A stretch of DNA of 64,000 nucleotides from Gracilinanus agilis (taxonomy: Eukaryota). Numbering within the stretch: position 1 is the first letter of the stretch; each line of letters begins with the position of its first letter. This document shows positions 48,216 to 62,330 of the stretch, piece by piece. The notes beneath the pieces are model-generated. The model did not search any database. It saw only the letters and a program-made list of their open reading frames with translations, and was not told where the DNA came from. A program made the position numbers and the translations under genes. The stretch is from NCBI RefSeq assembly GCF_016433145.1, contig NC_058133.1:256915560-256979559 (forward strand). The letters run 5' to 3'.

Positions 48216-51200
48216 GTGAACCTACCTGCTTCTAAGTGAAGAGATTCTGTGTTATCCTTCCACATATGTGGAAGTAGCCCCTTACAGTTGGCTGTGTAGC
48301 TAGAACTATCCTACTGGAGCAGACTCTCTCTCCAGAGGCATCCAGAAAAGGTAAAGGCCCTATTACACATTTATCCAGCATGAGCACCATGAACTAAAAT
48401 GGGTTTGGGGAAAGACTACTTCCCAATCCTCCTTTCTAGACCCTGTGGCCCATTGGGGTTTGGTTTTGTTTCATTTGACCTTTTCAATTCTAGGTATGGT
48501 CTTATTCCCCATAAGACTTGGACTTGTTGGAAGCAGGATTCCAGGATAGATATTGTAGCTGACCTAGCAGGGTAGCCCTGATAAACTAGGAAGCTTGGGA
48601 CTATAGCAAAATGGAGTCATTGGACTAGGAACTTGGTGTGACTGAGCTATATAGGAACTGAACTCCTGTATAGGAACCATGAACCTAATCCCCTTTGGCT
48701 CCTCAGAGACTGAGGTGGTAAAGGGCAGAATTATAACACACACACCCCCAAATACTACGGATAGGGAGATGTTTATATATTTTTTCTTGCTGTATATTTG
48801 AAGTAAATATTCCAAAAAAGGTAAGCTAGATGGTACAATAAAAGCCAACCTGACCCATAAATAGTTCAATGGAAATGGGGTGCAGGGGACCCCTAAAATT
48901 GGGGGAATACCATCATGAAAGGCTTGAACTAATAGCAGAAAGACTGATACCCCCAACATTCCTTAAAAGTAATGGAGAAATACAGTGGTTTGAAATGTGA
49001 CATACCTAGTCTTCCTTCCCCTAATAATGACAAAATGATCACAAATTAAATGGAATCCGATAATCTCTTTTAGTCCAATAATATTTAAGGAAGCATATCT
49101 AATTCTAGCCTGATAGCTCTTTTTTCTAATAACAGAGTGGTAGCCTTGGGCCCTAACTTCATGCTCCCCCTTCTAGCAGGAACGAAAATGTCCTTTGGAG
49201 ATGGATAGGGAAAGAAGAGGCTAGAGATGTCTGCCTCCCTGTGAACCCCTCAGTGACACTCTTATGCTATACAGGTAGGGGAACAGCCCTCAGCTACATA
49301 TGGCTACATGTGAGACCTTCTTTTTGTTCTAATAAAAACTCATGACTGGAAGTTTTTCAGAGGTTAAGAGGAAAACCAAAAATCTGTAGAACATTAGAAA
49401 TGTATATGTAACAATGGCTCTATATCCAAGGCTTGATCCCTTCTCCACCAAAAACCCATTCCACAATGAATACACGTAGTAATTAGCAAAAAAACTCATT
49501 TTTCAAGTCAGTAGAAAAACAGAAATTAGAGAAGCATATTTATGTGTATATGTGACATATATATATATCAGACAATACAAAGAGGGGAGTACTAGATCTC
49601 TTTCAAGGGGAAACTCCCTGAAGAATAGCAAGTTAGGGATAGAGACAAAGTGTAGTAGGAAGAAAGCAGCATCAGTATAAACCTCAAGGAATATTATAAC
49701 TTGATATTTGAAAGCCTTTTAACTATTTTTTGTGTTTAGTTTATATACTTTTAATTTTCTTAATAAATTGCAAAGCTTTTAAAAGCAACCTAGGATTGAT
49801 TATAATGATCTCTCAGAAAAAAATGAGAAATGTATGTCCTTTTCGTTGGAGAGGTAAGAAACTATTGGTGTAGAACAATTACATTTGTTGTCAAATTCAT
49901 TCACTATATTGGTTAGTTTGAGGAAGATTTTTTTTCTTTTTTATTCTCAGTAACAAAGGGTGACTCTCTGAGTAGTGAAATGAGAAAGTTTATAGTTGGC
50001 AATATGAAAACTAGATATCAATAAAAATATATTTTTAAAAAGAGCTGAATTTTATGAATTTTGGGACATGAATGAGGAGAGAAAAGGGGTTTAAACATAA
50101 GATAGGGGTTTGAAGAGCAGAAATCAGAGGGATTTCCTGTTTTGGGTAACTTGGAGTCATACTCCAAATCAAATTTCTGGGCTCTTATTGAACCAGGTGA
50201 TCAGCTAACTTCACACAAAGGCTTGGGAGATGTATGAGCTGTGAGAGGGCAGAATAAATAAATTATGTATAATACTTATAATAGCTAGCATTTCTATAAA
50301 GGCTTTAAGATTTGCAAAGCATTTTCAAAATATCACATTTTATCTTTACAACAACTCTGGGAGGTAGGTACTATTTAATTACCAATTTACAAATGAGGAA
50401 ACTGTGACAGACCAAGGTTAAGGGACTTGTACAGGATCACACAGATAATAAGTATCTGAGGTCAGATTTTTAACTCTGTTCTTCCTGATTTCTGGACTAG
50501 CACTCTATCAATTATACTTCTTAGCTGCCTCATGAATAGTCAGAGCCATAAAAAAATAATTAACTAATTCATCATTTAGTAGCTTGTTAACAGTTCTCAT
50601 AAATAGCAGAGAGCAAGGGAAGAAGACAAATGTGGGTGGATAAGCCACATATAGCAGCCCTATGTGCACTTCTATCATGTTATCAAGTCAACAAATATGA
50701 ATAATTTTGGGGGCAACGTTTAAACTTTTGGTTTGGTTTTTTTTCTGTCTTACTGCTATTGTTATCATTTGGGGAATTGCATTACATAATAATGGGGGAA
50801 AGGGAGCATCTTTGCTCTGCCCCTTTATTTCTTGGGAAAGCTTTTACCATTTCTTCATGACAAATAATGCCAGCTTTTAGTTTTAGATATGTAACAGCCC
50901 ATTAAAATAATTAGCTTTTTTTAAGCCTAAGGACATATAATGCTTCCTCCTCTTCAACTTTAGGGAATTTATTTTAGATGAAAAGGAATTATAAATGTAG
51001 TCACAGTCACCCTGACCTTTCAAATAGGACAATTTCTAACATTCAGTCAAGAGTTTGGGCTCTCTCATTAACTTTTTATGTTTATATCTTAGTCTAGTCA
51101 ACTCCTGCCTTCTTTGTGGGTGAAGCAAAATTCAGTTTGCTGGAAATGTTTGGGTAGCAAAACAGCAAATGATGTTATAGAGTCTAGGGCACCAAAGGGA

Positions 51201-51779
51201 ATCTGGGGAAAAAGTGAACCTTTTCTTAGGACTTCCCTCAGAGCAGTTCTTCCACTAAGTCTGTCAAGCCAGTGACTCTCCTTGTCTCACTTGACTGCCA
51301 CAGCGCAGTTCTACCTTTGCTCCTTAGAGGTAAGCTGTATAACAGCACACTTATTCCAAACTCTCAAATGATCCCCAGCTATCTAATAATCATTTATATA
51401 TTACAAACTGGCCTGGGGCATGATCAAGGACTCTAGCTTATCTGAACATGATTCTTGTGCAATAGTACTAGAGCTCAAAGGACTTTTCCACATTTAGTCT
51501 GAAGTATATAAATGAGATTGATTGCTTGAGCATCTTATCACTTTATTTTTAAACCCTAAATTTTGTCTTAGAATGGATACTGTGCATTGGTTCCAAGGCA
51601 GAATGGTAAGGGCTAGGCAATAGCCTAGGGGTTAAGTGACTGGCCCAGGGTCACACGGCTAGAAAGGGTCTGAGGCCAGATTGAAACTCATAAAGATAAG
51701 TTTTCCTTATTTCAGACCCAGCACTCTATCCACTTCACCATCTAGCTGCTCATAAATTAGGATTGTACATTATAAAAAG

Positions 51780-54530
51780 TACAATTGATATTGGTATCAT
51801 TTTGGGAATTGTCACATAATATTGGGGAAAAGGGAGCATCTTTGCTTTACCCCTTTATTTATTTAGAAAGGTTCTACTGTTTCCTCATGGCAAATAATGC
51901 TAGCTTTTAGTTTTAATATATAACAACCTGTTACAATAATTAGCTTATTTAAACCTAGAGACATTATAGTTTCTCCTTTTCAGTCATCAAAGAATTTTAT
52001 ATAGATAAAATGATTTGGTTTGGGATGGCTTTATTTAATGATTAGTTATTTTAATTGTTTTCTGACATTGAACCTTCCTTGCCTCCTAGTAGAAATCCAA
52101 TATGGTCTCAGTGAGCAATTTTTTTGAATATATTACTATAATCTTTTTGCTGGAATTTTATTTAAAATTCTACATCAGTATTCACTGGCGATTTTTGTTT
52201 ATAGTTCTCCTTTCCTTTATCCTTCCTTGGTTTAGGGATTAGGATCATTTTGGCTCATTAAATAAGTTTGCTAGATAATTTTCTTTCTAAATTTTTGAAA
52301 ATAATTTGTTAGACATAAGAACTAGTTTTTTAAACACTTAGTAGATAACACTCATAAATTTGTCTGAACAAGAACATTTCCTTTTTCTTTTGGTAATTCC
52401 TTTATGGCTTGTTTAGTATCATTTCCTGAGAAGGAATTGTTAAGGATTTCCATATCATATACCATTAATTTAATTGTACTTTAAAAATAATCTTTCATCT
52501 CTTTTAACTTCTTAGTCTTATTATTATTCATATACTGATAATTCTATTATTTCTTCTCAATTGTGATTTCACCTTGTTCATTTTTAACTATATGTTGATT
52601 TTTTTTGTCTTCATTTTTTTTTTTCAGTTTTGGGTCAATTATTGACCCAATTGAGTTCCAAAAACTCAAAAGTTATTGTCAAGGTATTCTACAATTACCA
52701 CAGATTTATATTTCAGTTTTATGCAATACACATTTCTATATTATAATTTCATCTTAAAATATTACACACAAATTATATGGTCCTCCTAATCTCCTCCAAA
52801 AACTTTCGTGATTTTCTTCTGTCTAAAAAGAGTTCATATGTAACATTCATTCTTTAAACTGTTTTAGATTTCAGTGGCAACCTTTGCTTTAAAAAAAAAA
52901 AAAAGGCCTAAAAAGCTATTAGCAAAATGCAATTCTCAGCAATGCAAGATTTAATTTTCTTTATAAATGTGCAGAAGGTCACACAAATGTGTGACACATG
53001 TCAAAAGCAGAACCTGAAAGAAGATCTCCAGGATTTCAAGACCTTCATGTCTATTAGCTATTTTATATGGGAAAGGGTGTGTGTGTGTATCCCAAAGAAG
53101 CCATCAATGCATCCTGGGGTATGTTTTTGCCCTCTTTAAAAAAAAATTCATGTGATCTAATGGTTTATTTCTTTTGTTAGCCTTTTTCAAATTAGGTTTT
53201 TAGCTTAATATTTCTAAGCTTTTTGTTTTCCACTTTATTTTCTAATTGTCAAAATTTCCTCTTTGAAGCTTATTTTGGTCTTATTTCTGATTATTTAGTT
53301 TCTTAATTGAACATTCAATTATTCTTCTTTTAAACTCATCTAGATTTTACATGTATAATGTTTTACATGATTGAACATGTAAAATCTGTATTTCTTACCA
53401 TCTCAAAGGGGAGTGGGAGGTTGTGGGAGAGAGAATTAAAGACTCAGTATTCTTTGAAAAATGTTGGAAACTTCTTACATGCAATTGGGGGAAAATAAAA
53501 TGATTTTTTTAAAGAAGAGTTTAATGGTAAAGAGAAGCAATCCTCAGAAGAAAAATCACATCTTTGGAAACACACTGACAAAATAGCTTTTAAGAAAGAT
53601 GAATTGAATGTGGAAAGAAACTCAAATGAAAAAAATTTAGGAAAGAGGAAAAATTGGTTTTGGTTTGAATTCAGACTCAGTTCTTTTTCTCTGGAAGTAG
53701 ATGTCACTTTTTATCAGAAGTACTTTGGGATAGTTTTGGATCATTGTGTTGCTGAACTGTTATTTACAATTATTCATTGTAAAGTATTCCTGTCACTGTA
53801 CAATGTTCTCCTGGTTCTGCTTATTTCATTCTGCTTCAATTTGTATAAGTCCTGATTTTTCTGAGCTCCTCCTGTTTGTCATTTCTTACAGCACAATAGT
53901 ATTACATTATAATCATGTACTATAACTTAGTCATTCCCCAACTGATGTGTATCCCCTCAATTTCCAAATCTTCACCCCCCCAAAAAAAGAGTTGGTTTAA
54001 ATCTTTTAGTAATATAAGTCCTTCTCCCCTTTTTTTTTCATCTTTTTGGCATATAAATTTAGTAATGGCATTGTTGGATATGTACTGTTTTTTAAATTTT
54101 ATTTATTTATTTAAAAAGTTTTTCTATGGTTACATGATTCATGTCCTCTCCCTCCTCTATGTACTGTTTTATAGCCTTTTGGGCATATATCCAGTTGCTC
54201 TTCTGAATAACTGAATATGTCCACAACTCCCCCAATAATGCATTCCTGTCCCAGCTTTCCCATATCCCCTCCAAGTTTTGTCATTTTCCTTTTCTGTCAT
54301 AATAGCCTATCTGACAGGTGTGAGATGGTACCTCGGAGTTGTTTTAATTTGCATTTCTCTAGTTAATGGTGATTTAGAGCATTTTTTTGTTTGACTATAG
54401 AGTTTTAATTACTTTATATGAGAAATGCTTGTTCATATCCTTTGACCATTTATCAGTTGGGGAATGATTTATATTCTTATATATTCAACTCATTTCTCTA
54501 TGTATTTGAGAAATATATATATATATATAT
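51780..54530 (-). mobile_element. Old, fragmented L1 sequence
   Basis: T-rich antisense L1 ORF2/3' UTR motifs, heavily diverged; boundaries approximate. Confidence 0.55.
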
Positions 54531-54859
54531 GTTTGTTTATCTATTTACCTATAATTTTTCTAACCTGGCAAATGGTCTACTTTTGTAAAAGTATCACATG
54601 ATGTTGAGAATAATCATATTCTTTAATGTTTCTATTTAGAAAATTCCATAAGCATTTAAAATATGTCTGTTGTTCTGTTCTATAATTTTATATCTTTCTG
54701 TTCAATTTGTCCTTTTTCCCACCTAAAATAACACCAAAGTCTTCTAATTATTGTGCACATCCTCTGGGGTCTACATTCCCTAATTCATGATTGAGATTTG
54801 TGTCTCATAAAAGGTAGCTACTGCCTCAGGATCAAAGTGCCCTGTAGATCCACATTGCT

Positions 54860-57800
54860 AAAACTATAGTTCATAAACCCCTACTAATGGAACCAGTAAT
54901 GGGAAGATGGTGGAATAGGGCAGGAGATTCACTTGCTCTCCAAATTCCCTCATAAATAATTTTAAATAATGCCTCAGAGTGAACTTTAAAGCAGTAAAAT
55001 AGTTTAGAGTTGGGATGAGATAGTCATCTAGTCTAGGATAACTTGGGAAGATGCTAGGAAGGTGGTCTGACCTGATACAGATACCCCCAGGCAGATACTG
55101 ATGAATCAACAAACAAAATCCTTGGTGGCAGCTGTGTGGGCAGCAGCATCATATGGGGGTTGGGCAGCTGACCAGAAGAATATTGCAGGGCCCAGGCTGT
55201 GGTTGCAGAAGAAGAAGAGGGAGGAGTAAGTGTGGTTGCTGAGAAGTAAGGGCCCTGCTAACAGTGGTCACTCCCAGCAGAGCACAGTCTCTGGTTATGG
55301 TTGCAGGGCAGAGAGGTGAATGGACACTTATAGCCTACGGCCACCAGAGAGACTACTTCAGAGCATTTGTGACAGCAGTGTTCCTGAGGTCCTGGTTAGG
55401 GGTCGGGGGCATAAAAGAGCATGGGAGTTCATGTACAGAGTAGGACATAAGCCAAAGGAGCAGAGACCACACCTAGCTCTGGATTATAGAAAGTGGAAGA
55501 ACCAAGAGGTCAAAGGCCGCCTAAGGACTGCTCAGAAAAAATAGCACAAAAAAAAATCTGAAACTTGAGACATCTTCACACCCTAGAAGCAGAACCTAAC
55601 TCTAGCATAAAATTAACAAGTAAGAAATAAACTGCTAAAATTAAAAAAGAAAGAGAGAGAGAAGCAAAAGAGAAATAACCTAGAGAAGGTCATGTTCGAA
55701 TTCAGAAGAAAGTGAAGTTAAAACACCTACTTCTAAAACTTCAAAGAAAAGCACAAAATGGTTATAAGCCCAAAGAGAATTCTAGGAAGGGCTTAAAAAG
55801 GACTTTAAAAACCAAATGAGGGGGCAGCTGGGTAGCTCAGTGGATTGAGAGCCAGGCCTAGAGATGGGAGGTCCTAGGTTCAAATCTGACCTCAGACACT
55901 TCCCAGCTGTGTGACCCTGGGCAAGTCACTTGACCCCCATTGCCTACCCTTACCACTCTTCCACCTATAAGTCAATACACAGAAGTTAAGGGTTTAAAAT
56001 AAAAAAAATTTAAAAAAAAAAAACCAAATGAGAGGGACAGCTAGGTGACTCAGTGGATAGAGAGCCAGGCTTAAAGATGGGAGGTTTTGGTTTCAAATCT
56101 GGCCTCAAACACTTCCTGGCTCTGTGACCTTGGCAAGTCTTTTAATCCCTATTACCTAGCCCTTATCACTCTTCTACCTTAGAACCAATACATAGTATAC
56201 ATTTAAAAATGAGAGACACATATAGAGTAAAAAAAAAAAGTAGAGGAGGGGGGGACTAGAATAGAATATATTATGCTTCAGCTGACAAAAAAAAAAAAGC
56301 AGGGGTAGAATTCATGATCTCAGACAAAAATAAAGCTAAAATAGATTAAATTAAAAGAGATAAAGAGGGAAACTACAATATGTTAAAAGGTAACATAATC
56401 AGTACTCAACCTATATATACACCAAATGTTATAGCATTCAATTTTTTAAAGGAAAAGCTAAATGAGTTACAGATACAAATAGATAGGGAAACTGTAATAA
56501 TGAGGGATTTTAGCCTTCTCCTCTCAGAAATAGATAAATCTAATAAAAAATAAGAAACAAGTCAAGGAGATGAATAGTATCTGAGATAAGCTAGATATGA
56601 TAGATATCTGGAAAGAATTAAATGGAAATAGAAGGGAATATACCTTTTCCTCCCATGGTACATGGTACCTTTACAAATTTTACAAAATTTTACAAAATCT
56701 AAAAACATTATGCAGAAAGGCATAAATATCAAGTATAAGTACATCATTTTCAGATTACAATGCAATAAAAATTACACTTAATAAGGGATCATGGAAACAG
56801 AAAAAAATTAGAGAGTATATAACTTAATTTTAAAGAAGCAGTAGGTTAAAGAACAGGTCATAAGAATAATAAATAATTTTATGACAGAAAATGAGGGGGC
56901 AGCTAGGTGGCTCAGTGGATTGAGATTCAGGCCCAGAGATGGGAGGTCCTGGGCTCAAATCTGATCTCCGATACTTCCTAGCTGTGTGACCCTGGGTAAG
57001 TCATTTAGCCCTGCCTAGCCCTTACCACTCTTCTGCCTTGGAACCAATACACAGTATTGATTCTGAGGCAAAAGGTAGGAGAGAAAGAAGGAAAGGAAGA
57101 AAGAAAAAAAGAAAGAAGAGATACAATATACTAAAACCCAAGAGATACAGTAAAAGCAAGAGGAAATTTTATATCTCTAAATACCTATATTAATAAAATA
57201 TAGAAAGAACAGATCAATGAATTAGATATGCAATTTTTAAAAAATAGAAAAAGAATAATTTAAAATCTCCAATTAAGCCTTAATTTGGAAATCATAAAAA
57301 TTAAAAGATTTTATTATGAGATTAATTATTATTATGAGACTAATAAATTTGAGTGTAAGAAAGCCATTAAATTAAATAAAACCAAGAGTTGATTTTATTT
57401 TTAAAAAACATCAAAATCTATAAGTTAATATGATTTAAAAAAAAAAGAAAATCAAGTAACTAGTATCAAAAATGAAAAGGATGAATATACCACTAAAGGT
57501 ATATTCAATGAAGGTAAAATCAATAAAGTATTAGGAGTTATCTTTCCCAATTATAGGCCAACAAATTTAGCAATTTAAGTGAAATAGAAGAATACTTACA
57601 AAACTGCCTAGTCTAACAGAGAAGGAAATAGAAAAAGAAATTGAATAGACTATAGATGAACTTTATTTTGTTTTATTTTTTTTTTTTTACTAATTACATG
57701 TAATAACAAATTTCCACACAAGTTTTCCTAAGTTATATAATCAAACTTATCTCCCTCCTTCCTTTCCCTTCCCCTTTTGGGCTAGCAGGTGATTCGATCT

Positions 57801-60800
57801 GGGTTATATGTTCATTATCATGCAAAACATACTTCCATATTGCTCACATAAATGAACTTTCTAAGAAAAAAGCATCAAGACCACATGGATTTACAAATTA
57901 ATTTTACCAAACATTTAAAGATCAACTAATTCCAACATTAAATAAATTATTTGAAACAATAGATAAAGAAGTATTACCAAACTCTTTTTATGAAACAAAT
58001 ATGATGCTGATATCTTAACCAGAAAAAGCAAAAACAGAGAAAGGTAGTTGGGTAGTTCAGTGAATGGAGAGCCAGGTCCAGTCATGGGTTCAAATTTGAC
58101 CTCAGACACTTCCCAACTGTGTGACTCTGGACTTAACCCCCATTACCCAACCCTTACCACTCTTCTGCCTTGGAACCAATACATAGTATTGATTCTAAGG
58201 TGGAAAGTAAGGATTTAAAAACAACCAACCAAAACAAAAACAAAAACACTTGAAAGTAGATATAAATGGATTTTTCCTTAAAATTATAAGCATCTACCTA
58301 AAAACCATCAGTAAGCATTATTTGTAATGAGGATAAGCTAAGAGCCTTCCCAATAAGATCGAGAGTGAAAAAGGATGCCCATTATCATCATTACTCAATA
58401 TTGGATTAGAAATGCTAGCAATAGCAATAAGAGAAGAAAAGGAAATCAAAGGAATCGGAATGGGCAAAGAGAAAATAAAACTCTTTTTGCAGCTGATATA
58501 ATAACATGTGGAAAATCCTAGAGACTGATCTAAAAAGTTAATTGAAACAATAATTTTAGTTAAGTAGCAGGATATAAAATAAGCCCATATGAATATATCA
58601 TCAGCATTTCTATATATCACTAACAAAGTCCTGCAAGGAGAAATGTCTCATTCAAAATAATCATAGACCAAATAAAATACCTGAGATTATGCCTGCCAGA
58701 ACAAACCCAGGAACTATACAAACATAATTATAAAACATTTTTATATAAATAAAGTCAGATTTAAATACCTGGAGAAATGTTAATTGATCATGGATGAGCA
58801 GAGCGAATATAATTAAAATAACAGTCCTACCTAAACTAATATACTTATTCAATGCCATCCCAGTTAAATTACCAAAAAATAATCTTATCAAGTTAGAAAA
58901 AATAATAGCAAAATTCATTTGGAAGAACAAAAGGCCAAGAATATCAAATGGGAAAAAATGTAAATAAAGGAGGTCTAGCAGTACCGGATATTAAACTATT
59001 ATAAAGCAACAATTATCAAAACTATCTGGTTATACCAGGAAAACATTGTACACAGTAACAGTAACAGTAATATTTTAACTTTGATAGACTTGGCTACAAT
59101 TGGCAATACTAAGATCCAGGACAATTCTGAGATCCACCTCCTGAGAAAGCACTGTTGGGAGTCAGAATGCAGATGAAAATATATGATTTTTCAATTGTTT
59201 CTTTGGGGTTATGTTTTGGCTTTATAATATTACTCATTTTCAAAAATTAACAATATGGAAATATGTTTTTATGATAATACATGTATAATCCAGATCAAAT
59301 CACATGCCAGCACCGGGTGGGGGAAAGGAAGAGCGGGAGGGAGATAAATTCCATCATATAACTTAGGAAAACTTGTGTGGAAATTTGTTATTACATGTAA
59401 TTGTTGAAAAAAATTAATATATATATATATATAAAATTTTAAAAACACTATCTGGTTCTGGCTAAGAAATAGAAAGGCTGATCAATGGAACAAAACAGAC
59501 ACACAACAAATTAGATTATAGAATCTTGTGTTTGACAAAAGTAAAGATCTAAGTTTTTGGGATAAGAATTCACTATTTGGTAAAATAGATACATGACCTA
59601 GACATAAAAAAGGGAGATATCATAAGCAAATTAGAAGAACAGGGAACATATTACTTATCAGATTTGTGGATAAGAGAATAATTTATGAATAAATAAGAGA
59701 GAGATAGCATTATGAGATGTAAAACGGATAATTTTGATTAAATTAAATTTAAAAGGGTTTATATACATAAAACTAATGTAGCCAAGATTAGAAAGAAAAT
59801 AAAAAATTGAGGGAAATTTTTATACACAGTTTTTTGGATAGGGGTCTCATATCTCAAATATAGAGAAAATTCTTATTTATAAAAATATGAGCCATTTCCC
59901 AATTGGTAAATGAGCAAAAGATATGAATAGACAATTCTGGGATGAAGAAATCAAATCTAGATATAACCAAACAAAAAAATGTGCTAAATCATTACTGTTT
60001 AGAGAAATGCAAATCAAAACAACTTTGAGATATCATTTCATACCTATCAGATTGGCTAAAAAGGGCAAGATGACAAATGTTAGAGGAGATGTAGGAAAAT
60101 GGAATTATGCCAGAGTTATAAAAAACTGTGTATACCCTTTGACTCAGTAATACCACTATTAGTTATGTTTCCTAAGGTGATCAAGGAAAAAATGTTCTAA
60201 AATATTTAGAGCAGCTCCCTTTGTGATGGCAAAGAAATGGAAATTGAGAGGATGCCCATCAATTAAGGAATGGCTAAACAAGTTGTGGCAGATGATTGTA
60301 ATGGAATATACTACTGGAGGGTAAGAAATGACAAGCAAGTTAATTTAAAAACAAACAGGGGGCAGCTGGGTACCTCAATGGAGTGAGAGTCAGGTCTAGA
60401 GACAGGAGGTCCTAGGTTCAAATCTGGCCTCAGCCACTTCTCAGCTGTGTGACCCTGGGCAAGTCACTTGACCCCCATTGCCTACCCTTACCACTCTTCT
60501 GCCTTGGAGCCAATACACAGTATTGACTCCAAGATGGAAGGTAAGGGTTAAATAAATAAATAAATGAATGAAAGTAATAAAGAAAACAAACAAACAATGG
60601 AAAGACCTACATGAAATTATGAAGAGCAAAACAAGAAGAATGAAGAAAACATTATATATATCAACAGAAATATTGTATGAAGAATAATTGTGAAGGTCTG
60701 CATCCTGAGAAAGAATTAATAAATAGAAAAATCCATAACATAGTTTTATATATATGTATATGAAATAATATACATATATAATTTTTATCAAATGATGCCT

Positions 60801-60875
60801 TCTTAGTATGGAGAGGAGAGGAAGGGAGGAAGACACCTGGAAATTTTAATGTAACAAACAACTAATTTTTTTTTA
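54860..60875 (+). mobile_element. Long degraded L1 (5' UTR, partial ORF1, ORF2, 3' UTR) containing at least 5 nested SINEs
   Basis: L1 EN/RT/C-terminal motifs on + (GGGATGCCCATTATCA-like, CAGCATTTCTATATATC, MQIKTTLRYHFIPIRL). SINEs at ~55821-56020 (TSD AAAACCAAATGAG), ~56033-56205, ~56896-57080, ~58040-58225 and 60358-60582 (TSD AAAACAAACA). Confidence 0.85.
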
Positions 60876-61994
60876 AGAGCCAATAGATACAATTATCACA
60901 AAGGCATTTATCTAAATGGTGTAATAACAGTAGCGCCAAAACACTCATTTCATAAACTAGAAGTTCACTCTTCCACAAATACATATTGTGATGAAGGATG
61001 GCCAAGGCAACTTATCCTTTCAACACTGAAGAGCCCTGATGTCCTTTCTATTCTTGGGGTAGTCACTTGGTAGGGTTATCCCACTGGAATGAGTTTTTCT
61101 GCTGGTCATGTCACTCAGCTGCACTCCCTGGACCTACTTTTCTTCCATAGTTCAAATTCCTGTTAGGACTAATGCTCTTTTGAATCCATAAATGGTTCTC
61201 TTCTCTGTGGCCAGGGATCGTATCCTTCAGAATTATCTCTACTCATTGCTTTGACTCTCTGGCTTGATAGATGTAGAATTTCCTATTGAATGAGCAACTC
61301 CATTGAAAAGTATTAAGGCCAATAGGAGTGAGGAGGGAGGATGGAGAAATTTTCTAACCACACTTCCACCTTCTGTTAGAGAGAAGACAAAAAATGATCC
61401 TGAAAACTGATCCCCTCTCAAGAACTAGACTCTTTCTCCAAAAATGGCACTCCTCTAGAGCTGGAACTAGCTAACCCTCCAACTTCATCAGGGAAAATTT
61501 TATACTTTGTATAAGCATTAGAGACACATCTTTGCACTTCTTTTGACATATTAACACTTGATTGTTTCTATTACCTGCTTCTTCTATGATTTCACCAATC
61601 CTGATAGGGATAGAGAGGAGGGGTGAAATCAATTGATCAGAATATTCTGACATTTCCTCCCATCTGTACTACATTTCTATCTATATGTCTTTTTGGAGTT
61701 CAGTTAATTTTTTCTTAAAAAAAAAAACTATTTTGAAATTAAACTCATGAAAAATATTCCTATTGCAGAATGCAAAAATAAGATTATCTTACTGCTTGCT
61801 TTTTTAAAAAAGTATATAATAAATTATCATATACTACTTTCAAAACTGTCCTGGCTGTCTTTATTTCTTCCTAACCTTTCTTCTGATCTCTTCTGTGAAT
61901 TTTTAAAAATGTTTTGGAAGCCCTCTTTTTTTGACATCATTATTACTAATGATCTTCCCACCTCCAACTTAACCTAGAGAAAAAAAAGAAGAGG

Positions 61995-62330
61995 TAGCTA
62001 GGTGGCTCAATAGATAAAGAGCCAAGGGGCAGCTGGGTAGCTCAGTGGATTGAGAGGCAGGCCTAGAGACAGGAGGTCCTAAGTCAAATCTGGCCTCAGA
62101 CACTTGTCAGCTGTGTGACTCTGGGCAAGTCATTTGACCCCCCTCCCCCGCCTTGCCTAGCCCTTACCACTCTTCTGCCTTGGAACCAATACACAGTATT
62201 GGTAAGGTAAGGGTTTAAATTTAAAAAAAAAAAAAAAAAAAAGATAAAGAGCCAGGCTCAGAAACAGAACTTATGTTCAAGTCTGATCTTAAATACTTCC
62301 CAGCTATGTGACCCCTTCTGCCATGGAACA
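61995..62330 (+). mobile_element. SINE nested in an older SINE
   Basis: Inner SINE GGGGCAGCTGGGTAGCTCAG...poly-A flanked by TSD AGATAAAGAGCCA. Confidence 0.85.

Noticed and set aside
53520-53700. Open frame EEKSHLWKHTDKIAFKKDE... as a pseudogene fragment
   Set aside because: A-rich low-complexity sequence, no recognisable homologue.
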